This document shows positions 38,401 through 49,739 of a stretch of 64,000 bases of DNA, one piece after another; position 1 is the first letter of the stretch; the number at the start of each line of letters is the position of its first letter. The stretch lies in assembly GCA_002633005.1 (NCBI GenBank), contig NMRA01000097.1, positions 831,734 to 895,733 on the forward strand, given 5' to 3'. The stretch is from Phoronis australis. Lineage: Eukaryota; Animalia; Phoronida. A program made the position numbers and the translations under genes. Under the pieces are notes generated by a model that saw only the letters and a list, made by a program, of their open reading frames with translations, searched no databases and was not told the origin of the DNA.

Positions 38401-41400
38401 GGTCATGACCTCTTCTTATTGCGCTCCAAGCAATGGGAACTTCAGTTACAACAAGTATGGTAAAAATTCTTTAATTTGGGACAGAAATAATTGCTAAAAT
38501 TGCCTTATTTCAATTTTTCTGAGATTTACCACATCAAGGAGCAAAATACTTCCATGTTTTTATGCAAAGATTTGGTCCGTAGCCTGCACAAGACTGTCAG
38601 TCCTTTCCAGAGATCTGGGAACATAGAGCACAGTCACGATCAGTTTGTCAACATTAAGTATAGAAAGGCTTTGTTCGAGCAACATGTGAATTCCACTAAT
38701 TATGCGTCCTGCCTCTAACTGACAGTGCTTGTTACAGGAATTATCCAGTAAGAAAAAGGAACTGGACAAGTCGAAGGCGGAGCTAGCTGAGCTAGGCGTG
38801 GCTGCCAAGGAGGGCGTGGAGGCAGCCCTGAAAGTCAAGGAGCTGGAAAAAGAGGTCAAGAAATTAACCGAGGAGAACAAGACCCTGGGGGAGAACTTCA
38901 ACAGTGAGAGGGTAGGGCACTCAACTATAGTAGTATTATTTAGAAGTCAGTATGTATTGATAGCGTCAGAAGTGGTATTAATTCGTTCTAGTCAATGCCT
39001 GACTCATTTTGAAACCTTTTGATACTTCGATTTGTGCTTATCCCGCCATGTTGGAAAACTTTCGTGTCTGAACCAGTTGCAGTCACTCTCTTCAGCTGAT
39101 GCTGTTTGCCAAAAATAGTGGAGACAAAATGACCCAGAATTCCCCTATCTTGAGCACAAGTGCAGTTCCTCAATATACCAACTAAAGTCACTGTGGTCTT
39201 CACCGTCAGGGTATCTGTAATGACCTGTCGTCATGGGAACCACATTTTGGCGGATTGTCTTTGGCATGTAAACATTTTTTGGAATCTTCAAAGGAAACAC
39301 AATTTTAATTTTACAATCACTGCGGTTATTTTTACAATAGCATAAAGTCTCGTTTCTTGAAAACTAGCGCAGAAATCTAGGCTCGGTTGGTGTAACTCAA
39401 ACTTGATTTTCCAGAAAATTTGAAAATGATAAGTAAATCAAAATGACGTCGTTATGACAAAGTGTCAGCCACAATTGGTGTGTGACATTTGATTTTATAA
39501 AGAGTATTTGTCATTGCATTTCAATTCAGGTTCTTCGTAAGAAGTACTACAATATGGTGGAGGATATGAAGGGAAAGATTCGTGTCTATGCACGTGCCCG
39601 GCCTCTCAGTGGCAGTGAGAAGGATAGGGTAAGAAGAGACAATTAGGTCTTGCGCATTGCATTGTGGGACAGTGTTGTCTGACTTGACTCATCGTAGTAA
39701 TGAGGTTGGATTTTGCCATGTATAGGTTGGCTCCATCTGGACAATGCGACGAATTTAAATTTAAAATTTGCGAATGATATGAAGAGACATTTACATATTC
39801 CAAACGAACTTCCAAACATGCACTTGTGAGTTAGTGACTCCGAATATTATTAATTTTTCTTTGTTCATAACACTGTATGTGTTGCTTTTTGTATCAAAAT
39901 ATGTTGCCATGGAGACGTAAGTTGTGGTTTGGCCAAATTCTTGACGGAGGTCTGTAGACGCAAGAACCTCATGAAGGAAGCTATTGTGATCAAGTGTTTT
40001 TCTTGTAAACATGGTGATATCTCGTGTCATGTTTTGCTTTACCGAGGTTCTCAAATCTACGTAATGCATGCTTGGTCTTTGTTGTTTCCGAGTTTCTTGC
40101 CCTTAGTATCCTGAACAAGAAAATTCTTAATATCAAGTCTGACCAAATTTCGCCAAAATTTCTCGCACTTTGTTGCCTGTGACTATTTACTGAGATTCTG
40201 CCAACCTGTGTACTCTGATCTCTGTTGTTATCTCCCCTGTCAGGGTAATTACGACATCCTTAAGTCACCCGACGAGTACACAATACAAGTACAGAGTGCT
40301 CGTGGCGTCAAGGAGTTCCAGTTCGATCGCATCTTTATGCCCAGCAACACACAAGAGGACGTCTTTGAGGACACTTACGTACGTCACATGGTGTTTTGGG
40401 CACCTAACTATTGCCATGAATCGGAAGATTTTATATTATTGTGCGAAAATCAGCATATTTGCAATTTTAATAAGTGCTTTGATTTGTGGATGTGTTATGG
40501 AAAGAAGTGCGAGATAATTGATGAATGTGTTGTGCTATTTTGCATACTACGTATTGTTAACGGTAAACTTTCTTTAAATCGGGACGTGATATGGCGGAAC
40601 AATAAAGTTTTATTTTATAAATAGTTTCAACAGGAGTAATATGACAATTGTACTTAATTATTTGAAAACTTTATTTAGATCGTGTGTCATCATGAAACAC
40701 AAGATGAAATTTGGAGCATTTTTTGCAGTAGTGAGCACTTGAAAAATAATAAATGACAATTTTGGCCATTATTTTTGTTTGAATGTTAGGAAACTTAAAT
40801 TACTGTTAGTTGAAGCATATTCTTGTTCTTAGGCGCTCTATCAAATTGAAACAATACCAGTTTTTACATGGGTAATGACATGACCACAACTTGTGCACTT
40901 GAGCATTGTTTGAAAGAAATATTTGGAGAGCACGTTGACTGTATGCCTGTCACTTCATTACAGAATCTTGTCCAGTCTGCTGTGGATGGTTACAACGTTT
41001 GTATATTTGCCTATGGTCAGACAGGCTCCGGTAAAACATTCACCATGATCGGTGATCGCGAACAGAAGTTCCCAGGTATCGCCCCAAGAGCCTTCGACAG
41101 GATCTTCTCTCTACTAGAAGCCAACAAGTGAGTTTGAATTGTCCTGCCCCTTCTCCTTCTGCAGGGTCCTACTGTAGCCCCTGTGAGGGAAGCTGTCTTA
41201 TGGGGTATCAGCACAACCACTTGATTGATTGTTGGGTTTGTTTAATAGTGGACATTTTATTCTGCAACAACACGATGAATTTTGGATGTGTTATGAAACT
41301 GGACATATTCACACGTCCAGTTGATGTACTTTATGCGCAAATTAGAAATCAGCACTTCTTAAAACGCCCTGTTATATTTTTCCCGACATTGCGTAGCCAC

Positions 41401-44400
41401 CTTGATCCTTCTCGAAATTGATGACTGATGGATTACCGTGAAAATTGTGCCACTCTCTGCGTGTGTTCCTTGCCAACTGTAGGGTCCTGGACTGCGAGAC
41501 GGATAACTTAAATCTGACACCACCGTCTCGGTTCATGGAGGGATTCGTGGGTTTCACCCACTCAACCCCTCTGCCACCATGCTCTGACCAAGAATTGTCT
41601 CTCACTGTCGCCTCAGGCATCGACTCCTGGAGAAGCCAGACGGAAGAAATATACAGCGCTTGTCTAGAAGTGCTTTAATTTGCACAACAAGGACACCTTG
41701 TGTGTATTATATAGTGCACATAACTTCTCTTTCTCGGATTGTTGTGTTGTGATGGTGCCTTATCTGTGAGAATTGTTAAACAAGACCATATCAGAAAGTG
41801 AAACTCTGGCCTATTATCTCTGATCAAGTTATTGTTGGACGCTGGTTTGTTAGTCCAATTATTTGACAGTTCAGCATTTTAGACCTTGTTTTTGCCAATA
41901 GGTTCTGTTTGTATATTGTACTGTACTCCTCTGTTCCCTTAGGTCAAAGTTCTCCTTCAAGGTTCAGTGCTACATGCTTGAGTTGTACAATGACAAGTTG
42001 TTGGATCTCTTAGCTAAGCCTGGCTCCAGCAGTGACGTAAGTAACCATAGGGTATTCATTCTTTGCATTGTCTCATTAATTGTTTCAACGCTGCCCTAAA
42101 AACTTGATCATGGTGTTGTTGTAGCGCGCCTGCATCTGCTGACAGACAGTTAAGTGTTGTCAGTTCTCGGTTGTTTTGGATATTGAATTCTTTAAAAATG
42201 TTACCGCGCTCATCAACTCTTGAATCGTTGACAAAAACTCAAGTCGTGGTCAATGCGAACACGTGTCATTTTCAAACTTGCAATCTTAGAGTTGATCAGT
42301 CTCAAAGATCTTTGTAGTTTTATGTTGTTGATTTGGTGATGGTTTAGCCGTTCTTTTTTGGAATGGAAATAGAATCTCGTCACGTGAGGAATATTACAAG
42401 ATTTAATTCTATTTAATACTTTGATCAAGCATCTAAACAGGGCAACAAACAGCTTTATGTATGTTTCATGAAGTAAGTGGTTAACATGTGATTCTTAAGT
42501 CTTAACAAGACTTTTGATGAAGTACTTCCTGCAACCACACAAATTGTATTACTGTGGATAATGTTGTATGTTAATTGATTTTGTCATTTCCGTAAGTGGT
42601 TCAGGAGCACTCTATCTTCAGTGTTAATACATTTTTATTCCTCGTTATGCACCCGCGCTGTGGAATGAGTATCCCGATTGACTGGTCGGCCAGCCGGGAT
42701 ACAGCCGTGTCGTTATCAGTTTGACAGTGACAAACCAATGTTTATGTAGTCCAGCTCTCTTATTGTCTGCTTTCATCTGATAAGCTCACGTAATCCAGCA
42801 ATTTTGTTGTAAACAGTGTGCCTGATGCTAACCGATATTTAAAATTACTATTTGCAAACGACTTTCAACACATGTCGTATAAAGCAGATGTGTTTTGTAT
42901 GAAATACTTTCTCCAAAAAACTTCAAATGGAGTAAAACGATTGACTTTCAGAGCAATTAGACTTAACTTTCACCTTTGAATCCTTTGTGTGACTGTAAGC
43001 TCTGACCAGCTTAATCACAGAATTGTGTACCAACACAAAAGGCTTGCTTTGCAAGTTCAATAGAGCATATTCTAGATTAGATCGTGATAGTGGAAATTTC
43101 TTGATTTTTATCCTCCAGGAGAATGGTACATAACGTAATAAAACGTCCATTTGACCTTTTTCACTCCTTGTGATTTAATAAAAACAACTACGATAACATT
43201 TTAAAACGACTTGAATGACATATTTCGGTGTCATTTAGTCAAACACCATCGTCAGAAGAAGAGAGAATGTAATGGCCGCCAAGCTAGGCCTGATGATGGT
43301 GTTTGTATAAATGATGCCGAAACATGTCAAGTCGTTTTAAAACCGTAGTTGTTTTTATTAATATATGTTGGTACTTGCTATTATGAAGATCCTTGTGATT
43401 TCCAGGAAAAACTGGACATTAAGAAGGACAAAAAGGGCATGGTGGTCATCAATGGTGCAGAGATCAAGGACGCGCACAACTCTAAGGAGCTGTATGCACT
43501 GTTCGACAGTGGCTCGGCTAACAGACACGTGGCATCTACAAGTATGTAGCATGGCTGGTTTAAAGTCCTGTAGCTGCAGTATATTGAGTGATCGTGTGTG
43601 AACAAATGGTTTAAAGCCATGTGTATTGCCATCTTTGGAGATATATTTTGGTTCATACTCTGGGTTGAAACCCTTAATTTGTAGTATTTTTAATTCTGCG
43701 ATTTAGTGTTCCCAGTTGTTTCTATAACTATGGACCGAATAGAGATCAGTGATTCCTTCCCGGGAAGATAGATTACCGCCAAGCTTGATTTATTCAAGTT
43801 GAGTTTGAGATTTCACCTTTTGCAGTTTGGTCAAACCAACTTGTGTGTGTGTGTGTGTGCGTGCGTGCGTGTGTGCGTATAGTACATAAAAAGTGTCCTG
43901 TGGCCTAATTGCCCTGAATAAATCATCATATCGTATCTAATATATAATCAACCAGTTTGCATTTCTCTTACTTTGAATCGATGTGATGTAAAGGGTTCGT
44001 TCTTATAAACGGTCGATATAATTTTTCATGCAGAGTTTATCATCGATGGTGGAAAACCTCTTTTGATCATTTATTATACTCAGTGATGAGAAGTCGTGAT
44101 AAATTATCAAGACTGATGATAAACTTTGCATCTAGTGATAGTCACTTAGTACAGGTCTCTTGTATTTTGAAAATCAATTTTCTCCACTGAATAACTGGCA
44201 TCAAACTGTTTCAGTAAGTCTGCCAACCTGTAAGCGACTATTGCTGATGATCATTTATCCTTAGTCTGATATGATTGTGTATCAATCAAATGGGGGTGAG
44301 GTGGTCCATAGTCTCTGTACATTGTTCAGTATGTGGGACTATCAGTTCTGTTTGAATGCTTTCTGCAGAGATGAACGCTGAGAGTTCCAGATCGCATCTG

Positions 44401-46655
44401 GTGATTGGCGTCATTATGGAGACGACGAACAAGACGTCTGGAGCAGTGATGCGCGGCAAGTTGAGTCTTGTCGATTTAGCCGGATCAGAGAGGGTGGGCA
44501 AGACTGGAGCTACGGCTGAACAACTCAAGGTAAGGGGTAACGGTGTACAGCCTTATGATAGTAGGAACAACCGAGTCATGGAAGGTTAGAGAGTGATGGA
44601 GTGGTGTACTGCCTTATGATAGTAGGAACAACCGAGTCATGGAAGGTTAGAGAGTGATGGAGTGGTGTACAGCCTTATGATAGTAGGAACAACTGAGTCA
44701 TGGAAGATTAGAGAGTGATGGAGAGTGATATGATGTTGTTGATCGTATGATACGGCAGAATCGTGGAAGGTTGGACAGTGATGGAGTATGTGATTATGTT
44801 TTTGATTGTGTGTATGACACAGCTGGTTCAGGAGAAATGGGAAAGACTGTGTACTGAGTTGAACAGTTAATATTTACATGGTGAACGTTATCGTTATTCA
44901 AATGAAGTTCTTGCTGCGAATATGGAATACTCCCTTGAAATTTTCTGCTCTTGTTGCAAAGTAGTCTAGCTTTCTCTAATGAGGAATAGCAACTGTCTGA
45001 TTCCTGTGAGAACTTCATCCTTTTATAAATAGTAATGACGTGGTGGTGAGTGTGGTAATCGTAATGAGTTGAAGAGAGAAAGGAAGTAAGTAGGATGGTG
45101 ATGAGGATTGTGGGAGTTAAAGTGGTGTTGAGTTTGATTTTTAGTAACCATGATGCATAGAATGGCGATGATAAAAATGTTGGGTTTTTGCGTTCCGATT
45201 CATAGTTGAGTTGCAATTGGTATAATCTAATCAGATTGTAAAATATATGATAGTGTGTCACGAAATGATAATCCAGAGCTGAAGAGCAATTGACATTGTA
45301 ATGTCTAGACATTTGTAGCATGTGTACTCTTTTCTAGTGCTAGAATTTTCTTTTTCTCCAGTTGATTGAATATTGCATAAAAATTTTAAACACAATACGA
45401 GATTACCATTATTGAAGTATTTGTGTCATGCACATGAATTTAATAGTGAGATTTTAAAATAATCATAATTTTTTCAAATTTCTCGATGTGCAATATGTGC
45501 AATCCTCATTTTCCAGGAAGCCAATTCTATCAACAAGTCCTTGTCTGCTCTTGGTGATGTCATCTCAGCATTGTCCAATGGGGAGAGCTTCATTCCCTAC
45601 AGGAACAACAAGCTGACTATGCTGATGCAGGACTCTCTCGGTGGTAACGCCAAAACCCTCATGTTTGTCAACATCTCCCCTGCCGACTACAACGCTGACG
45701 AAACTGCAATTTCTCTCCTGTAAGTTTTCGGTGGTGACAACAAGTGTTGGATTTGTTTTTATCCTTAAGCTAAACTGTTGTCTAACAGCCGTGCTGGCCT
45801 AGCACAACTTAACACTTGATCAACTTGCAACCTGAACAACTGCTGTGGTCATGCAGTCACCGCTAATTTGGGGTTACTTGTACTTTGGGTGACAGGCCTT
45901 AGCAAAGTGAGCAGAACTTGCCCATTTTTGAAAGTGCTGCAGAGTTGCCAAACTAGAGCAAATTGATTTAAATCAGGGAACGGTCATTTATTTGTGCTGT
46001 AGTAGTTTGATTGCATATTGCGATCTAGCACCAAGTGCCCGTCTGACCACAGCATTAGATTTTTTGAATTTCAATGGTGTCAACGATTTGACCATGTCTC
46101 TCTCTAAGATGCATTAGAGTTAGATCCAAATGTTTCCAATCTGCTTCTAAGGGTTTTGTGTGATTAGACAAAGTTTATATCATCTTGAATGTAATTTCAT
46201 GTTTCAACTGCTATGTTCGTAGGTATGCTTCAAGAGTTAAGTGTATCACCAATGACGCAAGCAAGAATTCGGACAACAAAGAAATTGCGCGCCTTAAATC
46301 AGTAAGTGTCCGTCGTTTCAGTACTGTGCCTTAAGTGTACATTTCTCAGTACAGATTGGTGGTTTTACCACCTGTCTTTGGTCACTTGATGATATCACAA
46401 GATATGAATTTGATAAGCAATATAGCCAAGTTCCTAGTCCAGGCAGAGAAATGGAAATGTACTAAATTTAGATGTTGAATTGCACTTTGTTCGAACCAAC
46501 AAGTGTTTTATATGTATAGTGTGTTTATTGATGTAAGGGGCATTGACCTAATTACAGTGAATAAATCAGTGCTGTTATCAAAACAATGTGTTCTTGTGTC
46601 ATTTCAGGTTATTGCCAAGTTGAAGAGTGGCGAAGCAGTGGAGGAAGAAGTCTAG
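14431..46655 (+). CDS. Kinesin-14, C-terminal motor, KCBP / kinesin-C (calmodulin-binding) type with a very long coiled-coil stalk; about 1825 aa (about 1934 aa if both duplicated exon pairs are used)
   Basis: GT-AG exons with mutually consistent phases: 14431-14509, 15725-15885, 17351-17675, 18665-18808, 20085-20287, 21801-21932, 22134-22287, 22661-22743, 23463-23682, 24536-24717, 25120-25275, 25767-25897, 26252-26426, 26753-26876, 27602-27771, 27890-27967, 28706-28852, 29275-29453, 30273-30430, 31281-31513, 32429-32653, 33252-33356, 34024-34161, 34506-34694, (duplicates 36041-36178, 36536-36724), 37509-37670, 38203-38334, 38738-38911, 39530-39628, 40244-40378, 40964-41127, 41943-42036, 43406-43541, 44369-44529, 45517-45719, 46223-46301, 46608-46655. 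Motifs: neck [23 protein letters not shown]-loop [11 protein letters not shown], switch I NAESSRSH, switch [20 protein letters not shown]. The N-terminal exons are less certain than the motor exons. Confidence 0.93.
14656..14793 (+). repeat. Minisatellite, 4 copies of a 33-36 bp unit
   Basis: TTGTTGGGTGGGAGAGACTTCATGAAGTTATTA(TTA) repeated. Confidence 0.9.
16375..16535. mobile_element. Short MITE with GGCAGATCCAGG terminal inverted repeats (hAT-like ends; related end at about 9379)
   Basis: GGCAGATCCAGG ... CCTGGATCTGCC with G-run/C-run subterminal tracts; no clear TSD. Confidence 0.5.
17856..17960 (+). repeat. Dispersed repeat, second copy at about 21106-21205
   Basis: Shared CTTTAATGATTAAAAATTCC...TCAA...TTAGAATC-CTTCA...TTTTGGCTA. 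Confidence 0.6.
18908..19139. mobile_element. Tc1/pogo-like MITE
   Basis: Imperfect 28-bp TIRs CAGTAAAAATTCTCCAATTTGGGATAGT and ACTGTCCCAAATTGTCGAACTTTTACCG, followed by TA; internal CCAAAT repeats. Confidence 0.6.
23150..23400 (+). mobile_element. Possible degenerate tRNA-derived SINE
   Basis: tRNA-like head (CAGTAGAGTGTTGGACTCTG...GGTTGTGAATTCAA) and an A-rich tail AATAAACAAAC; heavily decayed. Confidence 0.3.
31939..32341. mobile_element. PIF/Harbinger-like MITE in a kinesin intron
   Basis: TIRs CCCGTCACACCGGAGGTGCAGTG and CACCGCGCCTCTGGTGTGACGGG, with TTA on both flanks (31936-31938, 32342-32344). GC-rich interior with repeated GCAGTG. Confidence 0.75.
33363..37412 (+). repeat. About 2-kb direct tandem duplication (33363-35379 and 35381-37412) containing two kinesin exons
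   Basis: The copies are collinear with scattered substitutions and indels. The junction is the single N at 35380. Confidence 0.95.
39530..46655 (+). CDS. Neck, motor domain and C-terminal calmodulin-binding-type helix of the kinesin (last nine coding exons)
   Basis: The neck and tail resemble plant KCBP. The tail [41 protein letters not shown] is a basic amphipathic helix followed by an acidic end, as in KCBP. Confidence 0.95.
43842..43878 (+). repeat. (TG)n/(TGCG)n microsatellite
   Basis: Seen directly in the sequence. Confidence 0.9.
44542..44787 (+). repeat. Minisatellite, 3 copies of a 61-bp unit plus a degenerate fourth
   Basis: GGTGTAC(A/T)GCCTTATGATAGTAGGAACAACCGAGTCATGGAAGGTTAGAGAGTGATGGAGT starts at 44542, 44603 and 44664. 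Confidence 0.9.
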
Positions 46656-48202
46656 TCAATATTGCTATTACTTCACCACACTGGCATCTAATCGTGCCCA
46701 GACGGGATAATTGTGAACAATCAATTGAAGCGGCATTAACTCTACGCTTTCTGTCAAAAAAGTTTTGATTCAGGCTATTTAATCATGACAAAATTGGTAT
46801 TGTCACAAAATTCCATGTCACGTGACCATAAATTTTACGACGATCTTCGTCTGACGAAATGACAAACTGTCAGTTCTTTCCAAACCCAGAAATGACGTCT
46901 GCTTTAACTGAGGAACAATTTGAGTCTAATTTCATCATGGTATGTAACCTAAATCAATGTTTTTATGGAAAGCATGGGTTTAATGCTGCTATAATTCACG
47001 TGGTATTTAGTCAGTAGTTCTTCACTGGGTCAAACAGACAGAAGCAAGCTAACAAATTATTATAATACTCGTCTTGTCTGATAAAAAAACTACAAGGCTG
47101 AACTGCAACTCCAAGATTACCTTGTGTGCTGGGTAAGCAATAACATAGTTAACAAAAACCTAATACTTAATGGGCAAAAAATAATTGTCTGTTTAGAAAA
47201 TTGAGATGGAGCTTTTTGTAAAATCATTTTGGTTCAGATGGCATTTGCTTAGTACTTGCAGCACTCATTTTGAGTGTAACTTCCGTCCTGTAGTGGTCCA
47301 GCAACTTCTGCTTATATTGACAATGAGCCTTTTTGAAGGTAGACTTATTTTTTAGTTGTTTTTATCTACTTTGTAAGTATGTTCATTGACATTCCGTCCT
47401 AATCGATGATTCATAGATTTCTTGTATTTAAGCTTCGTTTTTATGTACAATTCCTGAACATTCCATCCTCTGTTTGCGCGACATGGTACTCTTTGCATTT
47501 TGTCCATTCACACTCGTTATGAACTGTCTGCTGATCTACTAACACCATGCTGAGTTTTAATTGGAGCTCGATTTATTTTCAGATTCCTTTAACATTTAAT
47601 TCTTCTTAGGTTTCACTTTGTGCGGTAGTCAAGAGAAAAAATTATCTTTGAATTTATATCTGTAGCTAGATAAAGTGGAAATATGAGTTTTCTTGGAATG
47701 ATAGCATTTTAAGTCGTTGTTTTTACTTTTTCTTGTTTAGAAAGCTACGGTACTGGCACCTGTCAAAAGTATTTAAGGTATTGTAGCAAAATCACCTTTA
47801 CAAGTATACAGGAATTTCTCAGCCTTTGTTGTGAACTTGGTATCTATTCAAACGGTGATGTCGTGGTTGTGTTATGACTACCCACAGGCTTTTGATCGAC
47901 TCCGTTCTGTGTCTCCATAAGTCGTAAAGATAAGCAATTGCCCATTTCCAAGTGAATTATTAAACATAGAGGGGCTGGATCTCTCATGCATTTACTGTAT
48001 AGTTTTCATATGCTAATTTTATAGTTTAATTTTTACTAATTGCCTGTGATCATTTGGATTTGCATTAGGCCAAAAGAATTTCTGCTGAATAGTGTGGCAG
48101 CATGTCAACGCATTGTGTTGCTCTTAAATGCGATAAATATTTATGTAATGACGAATCATTAACACTGTCTTATATACATATATATAGATGTATGTCAAGG
48201 AT

Positions 48203-48208
48203 AATAAA
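48203..48208 (+). terminator. Candidate polyadenylation signal of the kinesin gene
   Basis: AATAAA about 1.5 kb after the stop codon, followed by a T/GT-rich tract. Confidence 0.4.
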
Positions 48209-49739
48209 CAAGAACTATTAAAGAAAATCTGCTGTTTTTCTAAGTGGCTTAAAGCTACCAACACAAGAGCGTAGACAGCATGTCGTGTTCCTTTAGCTAT
48301 ACATCATAGTACAGGGATTTACATGTACAGCTTCCGTTCCTCATGCACACAAGCCGGGTCTCTGTTCCTCAAGTTTGGCAAGATGGCACAAGTTTTCATG
48401 AGATGCACTATCTCGGTTAAATCTGTCATTTTTAGAATCGCGACAAAACAAACTAATCTGAACGATGACTTGTGTACAAGTATGAGAAGGAAATGTGACG
48501 ATGGTAACCTGTATTACTCTGCATTGTAAGAATACCATGAAATCTCAAATGCTCTCCCTTCATAGTTTAGGGCACAAATGCCATGGGTGTTTCTCAATGC
48601 CCACTCATCGAATAGAGTGCGTCACATGTCATCTTTGACACTTTTTACCCACCACCCTAGTCATGATATAAACCCCCTTTTATGGAAGAACCAAAAGTTT
48701 GTTGGATATTCCGTTTTTATTAGTGATTCTAATGAAAAACTAATGTCTTTATAGTCATAAGTTGCATTTGCTGCTGTTGTATTCAGTAATGAAATGAAGT
48801 AACACCATTTTAACAATCAAATCATACTGTGTTGGAAATATTCTAATCACCTGATGGCATTACCATGATTCCAACAGCAATCTGACTTGAGATCACCAAA
48901 AACAGTGTACTCATTGTTCAACCATAATCTGTAACATTTGCTTGGTATGCTACTTGGCTGTTTTCGTAAATTTAGATGTAGAAGTTTTGGTCCACACTGA
49001 TTTTAGTAAAAAAGCTCACTACAGAGGAGCTTGGATGTAAACGCCTTGGTTTACACACTTTTTTGTAAAAACCTCACTGTATGTGTAAGGGGATTACTGG
49101 TGAAATGTGGGGGTAACGCGTCGTTGGGATCATGGACGCCCTGGAATATTGGTAACCCCATTTTGGACACCCTATTTTCGAAATACTGGATAAAGACCTG
49201 CTCCTGATGTACTGTATATTCTGCTTATTCTAATTCTTTGCAGGAGATCTCGAGTAATCTATTATTTTCTAATCATTTGTTGGAAACTATATTTTGTGGC
49301 CGCAAAACAAACTTTCCCATACAACAATGACCAACATCAGGGCAGCTGGCATAAAAAACACGGTTATCTTAATATGAAATCACCTACAACCTTGAAATAT
49401 CTGATACATCTTGTGTCCAGTCATCTGAAATAGCCATCATTCTTTGTAAAATGGCACTGGGGTATTAAGACTGTTCAGTAGCAGACAAGCATTACCGTGA
49501 ATGACAACTTTAAGTTGAGTGGTGCTGTACACTAATGTCATTACCTTACCCAACACTGACAGTGAAGATAACCGTGAACACAACAATGTGACGAAGAGAC
49601 TCGGTGGACACACCTTTTATTACAAAATGAAGATGAACAAATACTTCAGTGTAAAACAATAAAAACGATACGATAAAAAGGATCAATCGAATAGTCTTCT
49701 TCAGTCTCTGCAGTCTATACCAGTCATCCAAAGTAGTGG

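Noticed and set aside
44542-44787. Regularly spaced repeats that might suggest a CRISPR array (also 14656-14793 and 62515-62775)
   Set aside because: The units are contiguous with no unique spacers, lie in eukaryotic introns, and there are no cas genes. They are minisatellites.
44794-45321. 175-aa minus-strand ORF
   Set aside because: Low-complexity intronic sequence antisense to the kinesin, with no recognisable motif.
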